A stretch of DNA of 64,000 bases from Squalus acanthias (taxonomy: Eukaryota). Below are positions 1 to 12,715 of the stretch, one piece after another. Made by a program: the position numbers and the translations under genes. Under the pieces are notes generated by a model. That model was not told the DNA's origin and did not search any database. It saw only the letters and a program-made list of their open reading frames with translations. The stretch's first letter is position 1. Every line of letters begins with the position of its first letter. Location: assembly GCA_030390025.1 (NCBI GenBank), contig CM059431.1, positions 23,808,001 to 23,872,000 on the forward strand, read 5' to 3'.

Positions 1-437
1 ATTGCCAAGGCTGAAGGGGGAACATAGTTACGGAAATGTATTCTAATATGGGTTCTGTGCTAATCTTAAGTTACTGTACCTTGTGCACACTCTTGTTTGT
101 CTCGTCTTAGCAAGTTTCAGAGGGGGTTGCGTTTAAAGAGAGGGTGGATGTGTCTCATAATGTGTGGTTGGAAAATTGAATTTCAAGAAAACAAAAAAGT
201 ACATCTATCAACATGTACTGAAATAGGAGAGGATGCACAAAGCAGTGCATTCGGACTCTGCTCTTCCCTTTCAAAAGTTAAACTGCAAAAGGGAATGACA
301 CTTTTCTGTCCTCCTTTCTTCCCTCCTCTCCTGAAGGCGGTGACTTCTATCGGAATATGTTTCCATGGGTGTTGACAGGCCTCCAGTACCTCATCCAATT
401 CTCAATTCTTTGTATGTGGGCCTGGATGGTAAACATT

Positions 438-1003
438 GGCCTGGAATTTGCGGTGGGTAACAACGGCAAAGTAACAGTGTTCGTCATTATTACCCCTTTG
501 AAACTTCAGGATTTAGCGCATGCGCATCCAAACGCAGAAATCCTGAAGTTGCGGTCATTCACTGCTCCGACACTAGCTGCGCTGTGGGGCCTCCCCCACA
601 ACCAGAAATCAGTGAAACTGACGAAAACTTGGCCTTTTCCCTGGTAATATCACTGTTAAATACCCCATAATTTTTTTTTTTCTTTTTAAAAGTTTATTCA
701 TGATATTTCAGGTTCTACCTTATCCCCATGTGAGAGTCCCAATCTTTGTTTCACTCTCTGTGTAACATTTTTAAAAAGTCCGGATAAAAGCAGCTTCTCA
801 TTTCCAGGTTTCCTGCCTCTGAGAATTCTGCACTGTGATTGGCTGCATAGACTGCTTGTTGACGTCACAGCAGCATCGCTACAGAGCGCTGAACGTCGAA
901 AAAGGCAAACTTCTCGCCACAGATATCACGAGATCTGTGAGCAGTTTTCTTTGGGGCCAGCGGCAAGCGCCTTTGCTTTGCTGCTGACCGCAAATTCCGA
1001 GTC
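438..1003. mobile_element. Non-autonomous DNA transposon (MITE), PIF/Harbinger-like
   Basis: TIRs are GGCCTGGAATTTGCGGT and ACCGCAAATTCCGAGTC, with 3-bp flanks ATT/GTT. An internal hairpin AACTTCAGGATTT...AAATCCTGAAGTT surrounds GCGCATGCGC. Confidence 0.7.
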
Positions 1004-2006
1004 GTTCACTTTGGGGGGGGTGGCTGGTTTCTGCCCTGTAATCACAGCCAATCCTGATCCTTTCCTCATTTAACAGCTTAAGGAATAGGAACCAATTGTA
1101 GAGTCTCCACTGCTGACCTGGATATGATCAGAGCCTATGCAAAATTAGTTGAATTCAGCCTTTGGTCTTCCTGGTCTGTCTAATTCAGTACTGTACCATA
1201 TATTGTGGTGCTGCTAACCACTGATCCATTGGGGAGCTCTTTTAGTGGAAGGAAAGGGGAAGTAAGATTATTCAAAATAAAAAGTTTTATATAGTGCAAA
1301 TCATAGAAAATGATACCTACACATAAGGCAAAGGAGCCTTGTGGGCTTTAAAGATGAAGAGAAATATGTTAAACTGTAACTTTTCAAATGTGTATATAAG
1401 GAAGTTGTGATGTGAACCAAAGGCGACTACCTAAATGTGGTAGCTGTTTAGACTTTATCACAGCATGTTAATCTTATGCATGTTGTAAACCTGTTGGATT
1501 TGTAAAAATTATGTTTTAAAATGATTATCCTATTTTGACGATTTCGGGTGAGCAGCCTGGTCTTGCAGTGTCTTGCAGCACTGGTTACCCAACCACATGG
1601 CTTCAGAATTTAGAGTCCAGCGTTTTTGGCCATGGTGCTTGTCCGTACTCATTCAGGCATTTACAGTTACAATGCAGCCAGTGAAGCACAATGTGATTGA
1701 GGAGACGAATGTGGGTGTTGCCTACCTAATATTTAATTGAATTAGATAACTTGTTTAGTTAGTCAGTAAGAGGGTTTGGTGATTTGTGATAATACATCCA
1801 CTGGGACTATTTTACACTGTTTTTGTTTCAGTTCTCCTTTTAGTTTTGCCAATCAAATGTCGGTTTCACGTGCACATTGCGCCTCCCCAGCCAAAAAAAG
1901 TCATGGTTTTTTTTCTCCCAAAAGGAAGTACAGGAGATGTATGAGAGACACGCCTATTGGGAAAGTCCAGTAAAGTAGCTCCAGTTTAATGCATTTTGGT
2001 CATTAA

Positions 2007-2476
2007 GGTGCCAGCCGTGTCTCAGTGGTAGCACTTTTGCATCTGAGTCAGAAGATCATGGGTTCAAGTTCCACTCCAGAAACTTGAGCATATAAAATAG
2101 GCTGACGCTTCAGTGCAGTACTGAGGGACTGCTGCACTGTCAGAAGTGCGTTCTTTCGGATGAGACGTTAAACCGAGGCCCCATCTTCCCTCTCAGGTTG
2201 ACATAAAAGATCCCATGGCACTAGTTGAAGAAGAAGAAGAACAAGGAGTTTTTCTGGTATCCTAACTAATATTTATTCATCAACCAACATCATTAAAACA
2301 GATTATCTGGTCATTTATCTCTCTGCCATTAGTGAGACCTTGCTGCGTACAAATTGGGTTCTGTGTTTCCCTGCATTACAACAGTGACTGCACTTCACAA
2401 GTGCTTCATTGGCTGTGAAGCGCTGTCGGACATCCTCAGGTTGTGAAAGGCGCTATATAAATGCAAGTACTTTCTT
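2007..2476 (+). mobile_element. tRNA-derived Deu-domain SINE (SacSINE1-like), full length
   Basis: A/B-box-like head (GTCTCAGTGG...GGTTCAAGT), Deu-type core TAAACCGAGGCCCC...AAAGATCCCATGGCACT and LINE-derived tail GCGCTATATAAATGCAAG. Four other copies occur in the window. Confidence 0.8.
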
Positions 2477-2905
2477 CGACCTCAGTAATGTGAAATATAT
2501 CAATTTTAGATGTAGATTCCCTTGGCATGAGGTAATGTATTAATTTACATCAGCACATAGTGTAATTTTCATGAGTATTACAGAAGACATGATTCAATTG
2601 AAACACAAATGATGGTCAATGCTGTTTCATAAGCAGCAGGTTGTGCCATAAAATGTTTCTGAACATTAGTTGATTCCTGCAGGTGTTATCAACCTTACAA
2701 AAGATGTTCTGAATAAGTGCCTCCAAAAATGGTGCTAAACGCGACGACTCACTGAGAGCAGTCAGGAACTTCTCTGCCGATTTACAAATGTTTTTTTCTT
2801 TCTTCATACTTTTTTAAAACGTGTAATGCAGAAATTTGCATAAATGCGTGATGTCCGAAGTGTAACAGACAGGAAGCGCACACATATGCCATTCTATCAA
2901 TCAAT

Positions 2906-3080
2906 GTGGTAGATTTTCAATTTGCAGCCTGGGCACAAAACCAGCGTTGCGGATCAGCTGCCCATTATAGAAAGTGCCCGCTTTCAGTTTGCATTGAAGT
3001 TAATGGAAATGAAAATTGGGCGGTTTCTATAATGGTCGGCCAATCCGCAATGCCAGTTTTATGTCCCCAACTATCCATCT
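2906..3080. mobile_element. Short palindromic MITE
   Basis: Inverted arms AAAACCAGCGTTGCGGATCAGCTGCCCATTATAGAAA and TTTCTATAATGGTCGGCCAATCCGCAATGCCAGTTTT. It resembles 60555-60729. Confidence 0.65.
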
Positions 3081-4039
3081 ACTGTATATTCTGTGTAGGC
3101 TGTGGGACTGGATTGAATGCCGTTCATTTTGAACAGTAGGAGTGATGGTGAAAGTGATGTTGAATAAATTATCACAAAATGGCTATAATTTAATTGACTC
3201 TAGGATTTTGGAAAAAGTATGCCTCTGCATAAAATTTATATAAATTATTTTCGGGGGGAAAGCTGGGCACTGAAAAGGTTATCTGGGGGTGGGGGGTTGT
3301 TTACATGGGGATAGCTGTGTATTTTGTTTTCTCATTCAAGTTTTTAGTCCCTATTGGAGCAATCTGAATATTAATACTTTTACAGTTGAAGGCCTTGCTT
3401 GAAGTGCTGGCAGCTCTATCAGTATAAGACAGAACTTCCTGTTCAGATGTGTTGATGGTGGAAGTCTACTATTACCAATGCAGTGAGTCATTCATTCGCC
3501 ATCCCTGACTTTTCTGACTAGATTTTACAATGGAAACTTTTTACGATTATATGGCTGACAATCTTTACGAGGGAGATGACTAATACACGTTTCATTTGAT
3601 AGCCTTTAAATTGGGCCTTGGGAGTGTACGTGGGGAATATGAGAACATTACCTTTTCACAGTAACTATATTGGGTAATTTTATAAGTTTACGCTGCCAGG
3701 GAGGAGTCTCACCCGCTAGTTATGTGGACTAGTAACATTGGTCCCAATGTGTAAGGTAAAAACCTTGCTTTGATTGCTGGAAAATTGGAAGGTATGTTCT
3801 ACAATTGCTAAATGTTTTTTCTTTGTAACATTATTCCATCTCCCTGCCCCTCAGTTTAAAAAGTAATAATAAATGGTCAATTTTAATAGTATATATTTGT
3901 ATAAATTAAGTGCCTTATGGTAGCTTTAAGTCTGTCAGAAAACATTGCCGATCAGCACAAAAATGGAGGCATTGCCAGCTTCCAATACCAGCCAGTGGAA
4001 GCCAGCGAAAATATTTACTCCCAAGGCCCAGTGTAAAGG

Positions 4040-4480
4040 CTTTCTATCAAATGAAACGTGTATTAATCATCTTATTTACTCTTAACAAAATACTTTATAA
4101 TTTTGAACACCTCTATTAAATCTCCCCTTAATCCTCTTTGCTCAAAGGAAAACAACCCCAGCTTCTCTAGCCTCTGCATATAACTGAAGTCCTTTATCCC
4201 TGGCACCATTCTAGTAAATCTCCTCTTGACATCCTTCCTAAAGTGTGGTGCCCAGAATTGGACACAATACTCTAGCTGAGGCCTCACCAGTGATTTTATA
4301 AATGTTTAGCATAACTTCCTTGCTTTTGTACTCTATGCCTCTGTTGATAAAGCCAAGGATCCTGTATGCTTTTTTAACCGTTTCATCAACATGTCCTGCC
4401 GCCTTCAAAGATTTGTGTATGTGAACCCCCTGATTCCCTGTTCCTGCACTGCTTTTAAAATTATACGATTTAGTCCTCCC
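4040..4480 (-). mobile_element. CR1 LINE ORF2 C-terminal fragment
   Basis: Broken ORFs read RPQLEYCVQFWAPH..RLEKLGLFSFEQRGLRGDLIEVFKI and KKAYRILGFINRGIEYKSKEVML, typical of the CR1 RT C-terminus. Confidence 0.85.
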
Positions 4481-5199
4481 CCAAAGTCTACATATGCACA
4501 TTTTTCAGCAGAAGTTGCTGGCAATCGGAGGACAAACTATTTCCTCCCCATTTTCCTCATACTCCACTACATGTTTGATTCCCTTCATCTTTGCTTTGCT
4601 TATAATAGAATCCATTGATATTTTCTCTCTTGACTGTAACTATTTAGAATGAAGTAAATGCTAGTTTCTGTGCTGTATATCCTACGTAATCAAGTGGTTT
4701 TAATGGTTATGGGAATTCTGTAGCAGCCAGTGTCTTAACAGTTTGAATAAGTGTATCGAGAAGTTTTCTTGTAAGTTTTTGTTTTAAATGTAAAAGCATA
4801 AATGAAAAGCCATTTGACTGAGAAATACAAATTGCAAAGGGAAAAAAAATGACTTTATAATATATTGTGGAGGAGACACAGATGTCCCACATCTCAACTT
4901 TGAAAGCAAGCTTTTCATACTTATGTTTTAATGCATATTTAATATTGTCTTCTGGCCTGTGTGCGTGCAATCTCTTGTTCAACCTCATGCCAGTGAATAG
5001 AGTTTATTATTTAATTTTCATGTGAGCTAGCTGAACTTGAGTCAGTCAGAAAGACTTCAGGCTAAGATAGTCAGTTTTTCAGCGATTTGTACTTTGAGCT
5101 ACATAGTCTTAGGATCTGATCATTGAGACTTCTGCGAAGCTGCTTTTGATGAATGTCATTAGAAGAAAAAGCTTAAAAGGCTATATTGTTGTGGCTCTT

Positions 5200-5418
5200 T
5201 ATTTTCTTTCTTTCTTGTTTCTCTCTTTTTTTCTCTCCACATGAAGGAGTACTCGCTCTCCCTCTCCTCACACACGCAAGAGTCTCCTCTCTCTCCCCGC
5301 CAAGTGTATGAGAGTGTACCCGCTCCTCTCTCTCTCTATGTGGGATCCTGCTCCCTCACTCCTCTCTCCCCTCACTTTTTATCTCTTTCTGTCTCTCACT
5401 TTTTCTTTTTTTTTCCCT

Positions 5419-5462
<44 letters not shown>

Positions 5463-5560
5463 CTTTCTTGCTCTTTCTTACTTTTTCTCTTTTCTCTCAT
5501 GCTCTGCTTTATTCTTTTGTGTGCCTTTTATTATCCTTTCCTTTCTTTCATTATCTCCCT
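5200..5560. repeat. CT-rich low-complexity tract with a (CT)n microsatellite at about 5424-5457
   Basis: Seen directly. It explains the SL-rich spurious ORFs at 5241 and 5308. Confidence 0.9.
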
Positions 5561-6022
5561 CCCACCTAATAAAGTTGAAAGCTATAGGTCTCTTTTCAAC
5601 AACTGGTTGCTGTTTTTCTCTTAAGGCAGAGGCCTGTGTAAAAATCCATTATTTTATGTAGTATGTATAGTAAACTCCCCTAAAAGTTATTCTGCCCAGG
5701 TTGTGTGATTGAAACATGTCTTTCAATTTTCACTGGGAAGCACTGTCCAAGCGTGTTTACAGTGGCACAGAACAAAATAAGCAATTTTTTTTTTTGCTTT
5801 TGGTACCCTGTGTCTTCGTGACCGGATCGAATATTTTAATTGGTTATCTTTTTGAAAAATAAAGGTTTCTCGAGAGCAAGCATGTCCATAACTCCGCTCC
5901 GACCTTAATTAAAAAAAAACCTACTTGAAATGTTGTAACCTGGTATATTTCTCCTGGTGAATTAAATTTTTTTTCCAATGTCACTCAATTTTAATTTTCA
6001 CTTCTCTATTTATTGTGAGAAT

Positions 6023-6705
6023 GGGTTGTATTTTCTGATCGCAGGCCTCCCGCGTGCGGAAGCCTCCGATCTGGGAAAAAATCTACGCCCTTACCTGAGG
6101 GCTCCCGGGACGTACACACTTCCGCTCCTGGGCCTCTCGAACTCCAAGTGTGCAGGGCCCACGTATCCCAGGGGCGCATGTGGTTTGCAAGCGTCCCTGG
6201 GATCACGTGGGCCATGGGGAGCCAATCAAAGAAGGGAATCTCCCTTCATACACTTGACAGATAGACCTGTCAAATATATGAATGGAGATCACTCCAAAAA
6301 CACTGTAAAACATGAAATAAATAATAAAAAAGACATCACATTTTTAAAATGACTTGAAATTACAATAAATTAAATATTTTAAACAAATTTAATTTTTTGA
6401 AAAAAATAATTCAAGTTTTTTATGGGGCTAAAAATAAACTTACCTTTCTTAAAGTATTTTTACTTTTACCAGGCGTAAGAATTGTAAGGGTTTTCTGCGG
6501 GCGGAGGGTCTCCAAAAAGCGGAACTATCTGCCCACAGAGGCCCTTCTCCAGGGCAGCCGGAGGATCTGTCCAGAGCTTTCTTGACAGATTGGAAATGCC
6601 GGTTTTTAGCGCATGCGCTGTGCATGCCTGAAACCGGCATTTCCGATGTCCCTACGGGTGGATACACAGCGCGTACCCACCCGTAGGGATCGGAATATCT
6701 GGGCC
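6023..6705. mobile_element. MITE, PIF/Harbinger-like, with AAT target-site duplication
   Basis: Degenerate TIRs GGGTTGTATTTTCTGATC and GATCGGAATATCTGGGCC are both flanked by AAT. The ends are GC-rich and the core AT-rich. A hairpin GGAAATGCCGGTTT...AAACCGGCATTTCC surrounds GCGCATGCGC. Confidence 0.7.
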
Positions 6706-7059
6706 AATATTTCTATTCTGTATGATGTGGTTATCTCACTCATTCCAAAGAGCCAGAAAATGAATGGCAATGCATTTTCGTGGTTCAGTAAATAGAAGCA
6801 AATTTTGACGCTCCCTTTCCCTATTTGTACTGTTCTTGTGCTTTTTTTGTGTTCAAATTAATTTAGCAGAATATATAAGCTCCCTGTTCATATTGCTCCT
6901 TTAGTCTATCCTAGTTTTTCTCATTTGGAATCTGGTCATTTTATTGGTGAAGGTCATTATTTTGTTATCCTTCACCATCTTTATAGAAGCATTGGAACCT
7001 AACTGTTAGGAGTGTGCCAGCTGGTTATATTGGACAGCTCAAATGTTGTACTGATTATT

Positions 7060-7440
7060 GTGGTATTAATAACTGGTGCAGTGCTTTGACATGCAAGTTA
7101 ATAAAAGTCCCACGTTTGATTCCTGGTTCATGCTGAATTAGTTGATCTTGGCTGGGGTGGTAATGGGGGCGGGGTGATAAAACTGGTCTCCGTGTTCTCA
7201 GACCACCGGAAGAGGGGGGGAAAAGCGGAGTTGCTGCCGCAGACTGCTCTCTAGCAGCCATTACTGGAATGCCCATGTATAGGTGTTGGGCAATGAAAAG
7301 ATTGAGTTTGGCCGTGAAACCTGCCCAATTGAATAACCTGTTGAAGCATGGACACATGGATGAGGTTCTAGGGAGGGGAGGCATAAAATCTGGGGGAGAG
7401 GGGATAGGGAGAAGTGGAGCAACTCTCTCTTGGCTCATGC
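7060..7440 (+). mobile_element. Old tRNA-derived SINE-like repeat
   Basis: B-box-like GTTTGATTCCTGG is followed by GCTGAATTAGTTGATCT. Related decayed minus-strand copies appear at about 1020-1230 and 20860-21155. Confidence 0.45.
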
Positions 7441-9399
7441 ATCAGTCTTTCATGGAGGTAACTCTGCCACTTAATAAAATCACTGTTATGTAGATCTTTT
7501 GTAAAAAAAAAGGTCTTAAACTTGTTTATACTATACGTTGGCTAATTTTACAAGCTGCGCAATGGGATTTCATGGCTTATGGAAAAATAAACCACCAGTG
7601 AGTTGAGCCTTTATAATGCACTTAACCGAAGTTAACCAGCGGCTTTATTTTTTTTCCATTTAAGCAGAGTCCCATTGTGCTTCCTCTGTATATCTGCTAT
7701 CAATTAAAATGAGCAGAGCCCAAAGTGATTATTCTACTTTAGGTACCTCTTCATAGTATGGACGCATGTATTCAAGCACTGTCCCAAGATTTTGTATCCT
7801 ATTTAGAACAAAAAATCAACAATTAAATCAGTCTTTTCACAGTTCTGAATTTCAAGGACTATGGTGCTGAAGATAATATCGTAACTTAACTGCTTAATGT
7901 CTTCTGTCCCTCAAATAGTGACTCTTAGGCTGTTAAGCGACATTTAAACATTGCGTTGCGCGTATGTTGCATTTACATCGGTTACTTTAATTGGGTTCAT
8001 CTTGCCAGAGTTGAGCTCAAAATGGGTGCATGGTATTATTCGCGGCTGGCATCACTGCTCGTAGTGTGCTGATACGTGGCATACGCTAATGGAATACTGC
8101 AAAAATGGTATTGTATTGAGCTCTGATTCAATACGTTCTTGGTGTTGCAGGTAAGAAATGAAGGTGGATCTTAAATGCATGTGATTTTTTTTTACTTTCT
8201 AACCAAAAAAATGGTTATCCTTGTATTGGGATAATTGTGGCCATTGAACTGTTCCCACGTTTAGGTTCTGTCGCACCTGCAGATGCCTGACCGCTGAAAA
8301 GTACGCCATAGCTCACCCTTCCTTTCTCCGACCATGGAGCTGAATTGAAGTAAAGTTTTAACGATATTACTCTTTTTTCCGAGAGCAATTATTTTAAATT
8401 TGTTTTTGTGAAATAGAATTAGTAGTGATTTCATTTCACAGTGGCTTACTCCGCACTGACGTTGACTGTGCTGACTTCATGCACTGGATTGGGACAGGTG
8501 TTCGCAGATTAAAAAGTAAAATCAAAAAGTGGTGTTTTATTGGCCTTCATTCATTCCTTAAGGAATTAGCAGCTACTGGGACAAAGCTCCCAAAGATGAT
8601 TTTAGTTAACGCTTTGGAGGGACTTCATCGTCTTTAATTGTTAAGTTCCTTTTTAATATACTTCTCGACTGTTGTACAAAAACAAATCCCCCAGATATAG
8701 TCCTAAAAATGTTGCTTTTGGGTGACCTAGCAACGCAGTGTTGTATTTTTGTTTTTGTTAATTTCTCGACACTTACAGTACTTTGCCTCTCTGCTCCCCT
8801 CTCCACGAATTCTGTCTTGCTAAGTTGCTGTGTGCTTTTCTTAAAAAAAAAGGTGCCATGATGCTCATCGCACAAGAGTTCTAAGTAGGAGTGTTTTTTG
8901 TACTCCCACCCACTGCAGAAGATTTTGAGTCAGCTGCCCGCTGTGGGTAGATTTCTAGAAATGTTTTATCTTTCTGATTTAGACTTTAGGACCAGGTTTG
9001 GAATTGTGTAAGTTTTATTTGTTCTTTTACCTTTCTAAAACTTTTATTTTGCATCATCCTACTTGGAAGTTCATTCCATATCTTAACTTTTCAGAAGACA
9101 TGAGGGGTCTTGCACCTCAGAGTCCAGTGTGCTCGGTGGTTTGTTATATTGCCACTATTGTATTGACGTGCATCCAAAGCCACACTAAGTGTAGCTAAAT
9201 AAGCATAGGCGGTTCCTACAGCTAGGAGTTGTGCACTGAAGGCCCCAATGTTCCAGTTCTGAATTGGAACAGGAAAAAAGTACGTATTGGAATAGATGAC
9301 TTTGGCCATGTGTGAAATAATGACCCACTGTAACATTTTTATGCAGCTGTTGTCAATGTTTTAGTACTGAGCATTTTAGTTCTTTCTCCTAAAGTCTAG

Positions 9400-10114
9400 G
9401 GGCTGGATTTTCAATGACCCGTGGAGTCGGGTTTGGAGGCGTGTGGGGGGTTAAAGTTGCAGATTCGGGGGTCCCGACCCCATCCCGACTCCATTCTGCC
9501 TCCACGCAATTTTGACAAAATCGTGTGCGGTGTTCCCGACTCCGTTCCGCCTCCAAGAGGCGGGAGAGGCCATTAAAGCCCTTAACAAGCCCTAAATTGG
9601 CTCTGTAATGCCATTTTGAAACGTTTTAGCTAGTTTAACCCTTTTCTGACGTGAAGTACGCCTGATGTGAAACACGCCAGTGAAACCTGGCGGGAGCACA
9701 AGTGGATAGCTGACTATCAGCTGCAGGTCCACTATTACAACGGAGATGTGATGAAGGTAGTAGTAGTATTGTGATGAAGGTAGTAGTATTAGGTCTGAAA
9801 GTCGCCTCTGATGCTGCTGCATTGGATGTCTTCAGAGACTGCCTGGGAGGATTTGATTTGAAAAAAAATTCTCTCTCTCTCTCTCTCTCCTCTCACAGCA
9901 AAGGCCAGGCAGTCTCTGACCTCCAATGATGACATCATCAGAGGCGACATTCAGACTGAAACCACTAATTGGTTCATGGGTTCCCACATGCTGGAACTCA
10001 ATTGCCCAATTAAGTGAAAATTCCATCAATCTCCCACATCCAATTGCAGTCGGGTGGATAACACGCAATGCGGATGACATGACCCCAACCCGCCCCAGTA
10101 TCAAAATCCAGCCC
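9400..10114 (+). mobile_element. MITE with GGGCTGGATTTT TIRs (copy 1)
   Basis: Perfect 12-bp TIRs GGGCTGGATTTT/AAAATCCAGCCC. It is homologous in reverse orientation to 18086-18728. Confidence 0.85.
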
Positions 10115-10229
10115 TTAATCTTTCTTGCTGACCGAGAGTCATTGGTCGAATGTTCCTCAGTAAATCGCAGTAATCTGAAGGCCCCTTTGTGAAAACTTTT
10201 GTATTTTGATTGGCTGTCGATCTAAATGA

Positions 10230-10865
10230 CCGATAAGAGAGTTGGAAAATATTTCTTTACATAAAAGGTAGTTAGAATGTGGAATTCTAAAGAAAAAAAA
10301 GACTTGCATTTACATAGCGCCTTTCACGACCACCGGACTCCCCAAAGCGCTTTACAGCCAATGAAGTACTTTTGAAGTGTAGTCACCGTTGTAATGTGGG
10401 AAACGCGGCAGCCAATTTGCACACAGCAGGCTCCCACAAACAGCAATGTGATAATGACCAGATACGTTTTTTTTTTTAGTGACGTTGATTGAGGGATAAA
10501 TATTGGCCAGGACACTAGGGATAACTCCCCTGCTCTTCCTTGAAATAGTGCTATGGGATTTTTTTTACATCCACCTGAGAGCAGACGGGGCCTCGGTTTA
10601 ACGTCTCATCCGAAAGACGGCACCTCTGACAGTTCAGCACTGCACTGGAGTGTCAGCCTAGATTCTCTAGCATAAACTGTTGTTGAAGTAGAATCTATAA
10701 GTTCTTTTGAAAGGGATTGTATAGTTGCTTGAAAAAACGGTATTGGGGGGGCGAACAGGATAGTGGGATTAAACTAGTTGGCTCCAGTGGGGGGGAAAAA
10801 AAACACTGACGCGGGCTTGATGGGCCAAATGGGCTGTTTTGTGCTGTAATATTCTATGATTCTAA
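10230..10865 (+). mobile_element. CR1 LINE 3' end interrupted by a SINE
   Basis: GTAGTTAGAATGTGGAATTC (VVRMWNS) resumes after the SINE. It ends with the CR1 tail GATGGGCCAAATGGGCTGTTTTGTGCTGTAATATTCTATGATTCTA. Confidence 0.7.
10289..10662 (-). mobile_element. Deu-domain SINE, 5'-truncated, nested in the CR1 tail
   Basis: Reverse complement of the core and tail of the 2007-2476 SINE. Confidence 0.8.
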
Positions 10866-11964
10866 GAAGCTGTATACTCGCAGCTAGTTTCAGAGGTGCA
10901 GAACTGTGAGAAAGGAGTTCATAATTAAAAGGCATGGGCTGCTGCAGTAGGGAGCTACACTGACTGGGAAAGTTCAATCTGTACGGTCAGTCTCTGCTTT
11001 GTGCTTAATGAGCTGATCTTGGGAGGGTAAGGGTAAAAAAATGTGTAAAATAATGGCGGGTGCTAGATAAATAGCAAAACACAACATGGAATTGTATAAC
11101 ACTGTGGCTGAGTAGCAGTTTTTAGATTTAAGTGAATAATACTTGAACATCTTTGATTTGGTTTTTGGTCACTATCTAAAAGTGCTGCATCTATTGTATA
11201 AACTTTGAGCCAAGGAACACTAAATGGCCATCGTGGGGTCATTATTTTTACACATTTCTTGAAGATTAAGTTCTTATTTCCTGAGGATGTTCTGCAGCAA
11301 CAATAGCATGTGCAAAATAATGTCGGGGCTGCATTTGTGACTGTCGTTCATACGTTCCAATTCATGTACGAATGTAGGCGGAGCCTAAATACAACTGAGT
11401 TTTTTTTATATGCAGCACTAAAACTGCTGTTTAACTGCATGTGTTCTGAAGAGCAGTGGGTCATAAAATTTGTTGGTCACATGGTAGTCAAATGTAGTGC
11501 ACAAGTAAAAACAACTTATTTATAGAAAATTCTCCCCAATATGTATCACGTGTGTGTGTGTATCTATTGTATTCCAGCTTCAAATAAACTGAGAACTTAA
11601 ATTATGTTTAAATATTACTTTTGTAGTTTATTGATTTAAAATTTTTATGTTTAGCAAACAAAAGAATACGTGTTCAAGGTTGGTCTTCTAGTTAATGGCT
11701 CTTTGTGTGTAGTATCACAAATTGTTTAGCTCTGAGCTGGGAAGTATAACTGATGTCTTGTCTTGTATTGTGCCTGAAGTCATTTGGGTGACCTGAGACT
11801 CCCAGCTAAGGTCTATGAGCATAAATACAGAACAGAAAACTTCCAAAATAAATGTGTGGATGTTTTAGATTCTTTTTTCTAAATAATCACTTCTTGTTTT
11901 GCCCACAGATGGTTTTTTGTTCATATGTTGACATGGGAGTGAAAATAAAAATGAAAGTTTTCTA

Positions 11965-12715
11965 AATAAAAAGCAAAATAAATGCAGATGCTGGAAATCT
12001 GAAAACAAAAACAGAAAAAAGCTGGAAGTACTCAGTAGGGCCAGGCAGCATCTGCGGGCGTGGGGGAAGAAACAGTCAGTCAGTCAGTCAACGTTTCAGC
12101 TTAAGACCCTTCCTCAGTACTGGAAGATATTCCAGATGAATAGCATTTAAAAAGGAACAGAACAAGGGAAAGGGGGAAGTGCTTACATGGAGAACAGGAG
12201 ATGGTTAAATGGCAGAAGTTATATTGGCAGGAGAGAAGAGGTATAGTGAGAGTACTCAAAGAAATAAAAGACCTATATGAGACACCGAGTGTGTGAATAG
12301 TTAAAGGGAGATAGGTAGAAAAGGAAAAAACTGGCAAGGCAGCGCAGGCTCCAGTGGCTCAGGAATGTTGTGGAAGGAAACAAGCAGGTTGATACCCAAG
12401 GGTGCAGATCACCCTGTCAGTAGTGCTTTGACTGGGTTCTCCATCTTAAATATCAACCCGCTCTCTCGGACCATCCCTGGAAACGCTGGCACACTCATCC
12501 CACGTTGACAGCACCTACTGCCAGAGAGAAAATGGGATCTGTAGTAAAGGGTTAAAGTTGATGATCGGACAGAGCGCTACAAAGTACCCAGTAGAAAGGT
12601 GAAGTGTTGTTCCTTCAGTTCCATTGCAACAGTGTAAAAGACCAACGTCCAAGAGCTCAGAGCGGAAGTGTGATAGAGAATTGAAATGTCGAGCGACAGG
12701 GAGCTCGGAGTCACA
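11965..12715 (-). mobile_element. Penelope-like element 3' fragment (GIY-YIG endonuclease C-terminus plus terminal repeat with hammerhead motif)
   Basis: The minus-strand ORF ends ELKEQHFTFLLGTL, resembling the PLE motif KLEEQHLIFRLGTL. The tail reads CTGAGGAAGGGTC..GAAACGTTGACT...GATGCTGCCTGGCC...CCAGCATCTGCA. Confidence 0.75.
12085..12122 (-). ncRNA. Minimal type-I hammerhead ribozyme motif (PLE-associated)
   Basis: The minus strand reads CAGUA-CUGAGGA-AGGGUCUUAAGCU-GAAAC-GUU-GACUG. Confidence 0.55.

Noticed and set aside
2007-2080. tRNA-like sequence with A and B boxes
   Set aside because: It is the head of a SINE repeated several times in the window, and there is no intact cloverleaf.
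5241-5661. Hydrophobic ORFs resembling membrane proteins
   Set aside because: They are translations of CT-rich low-complexity DNA.
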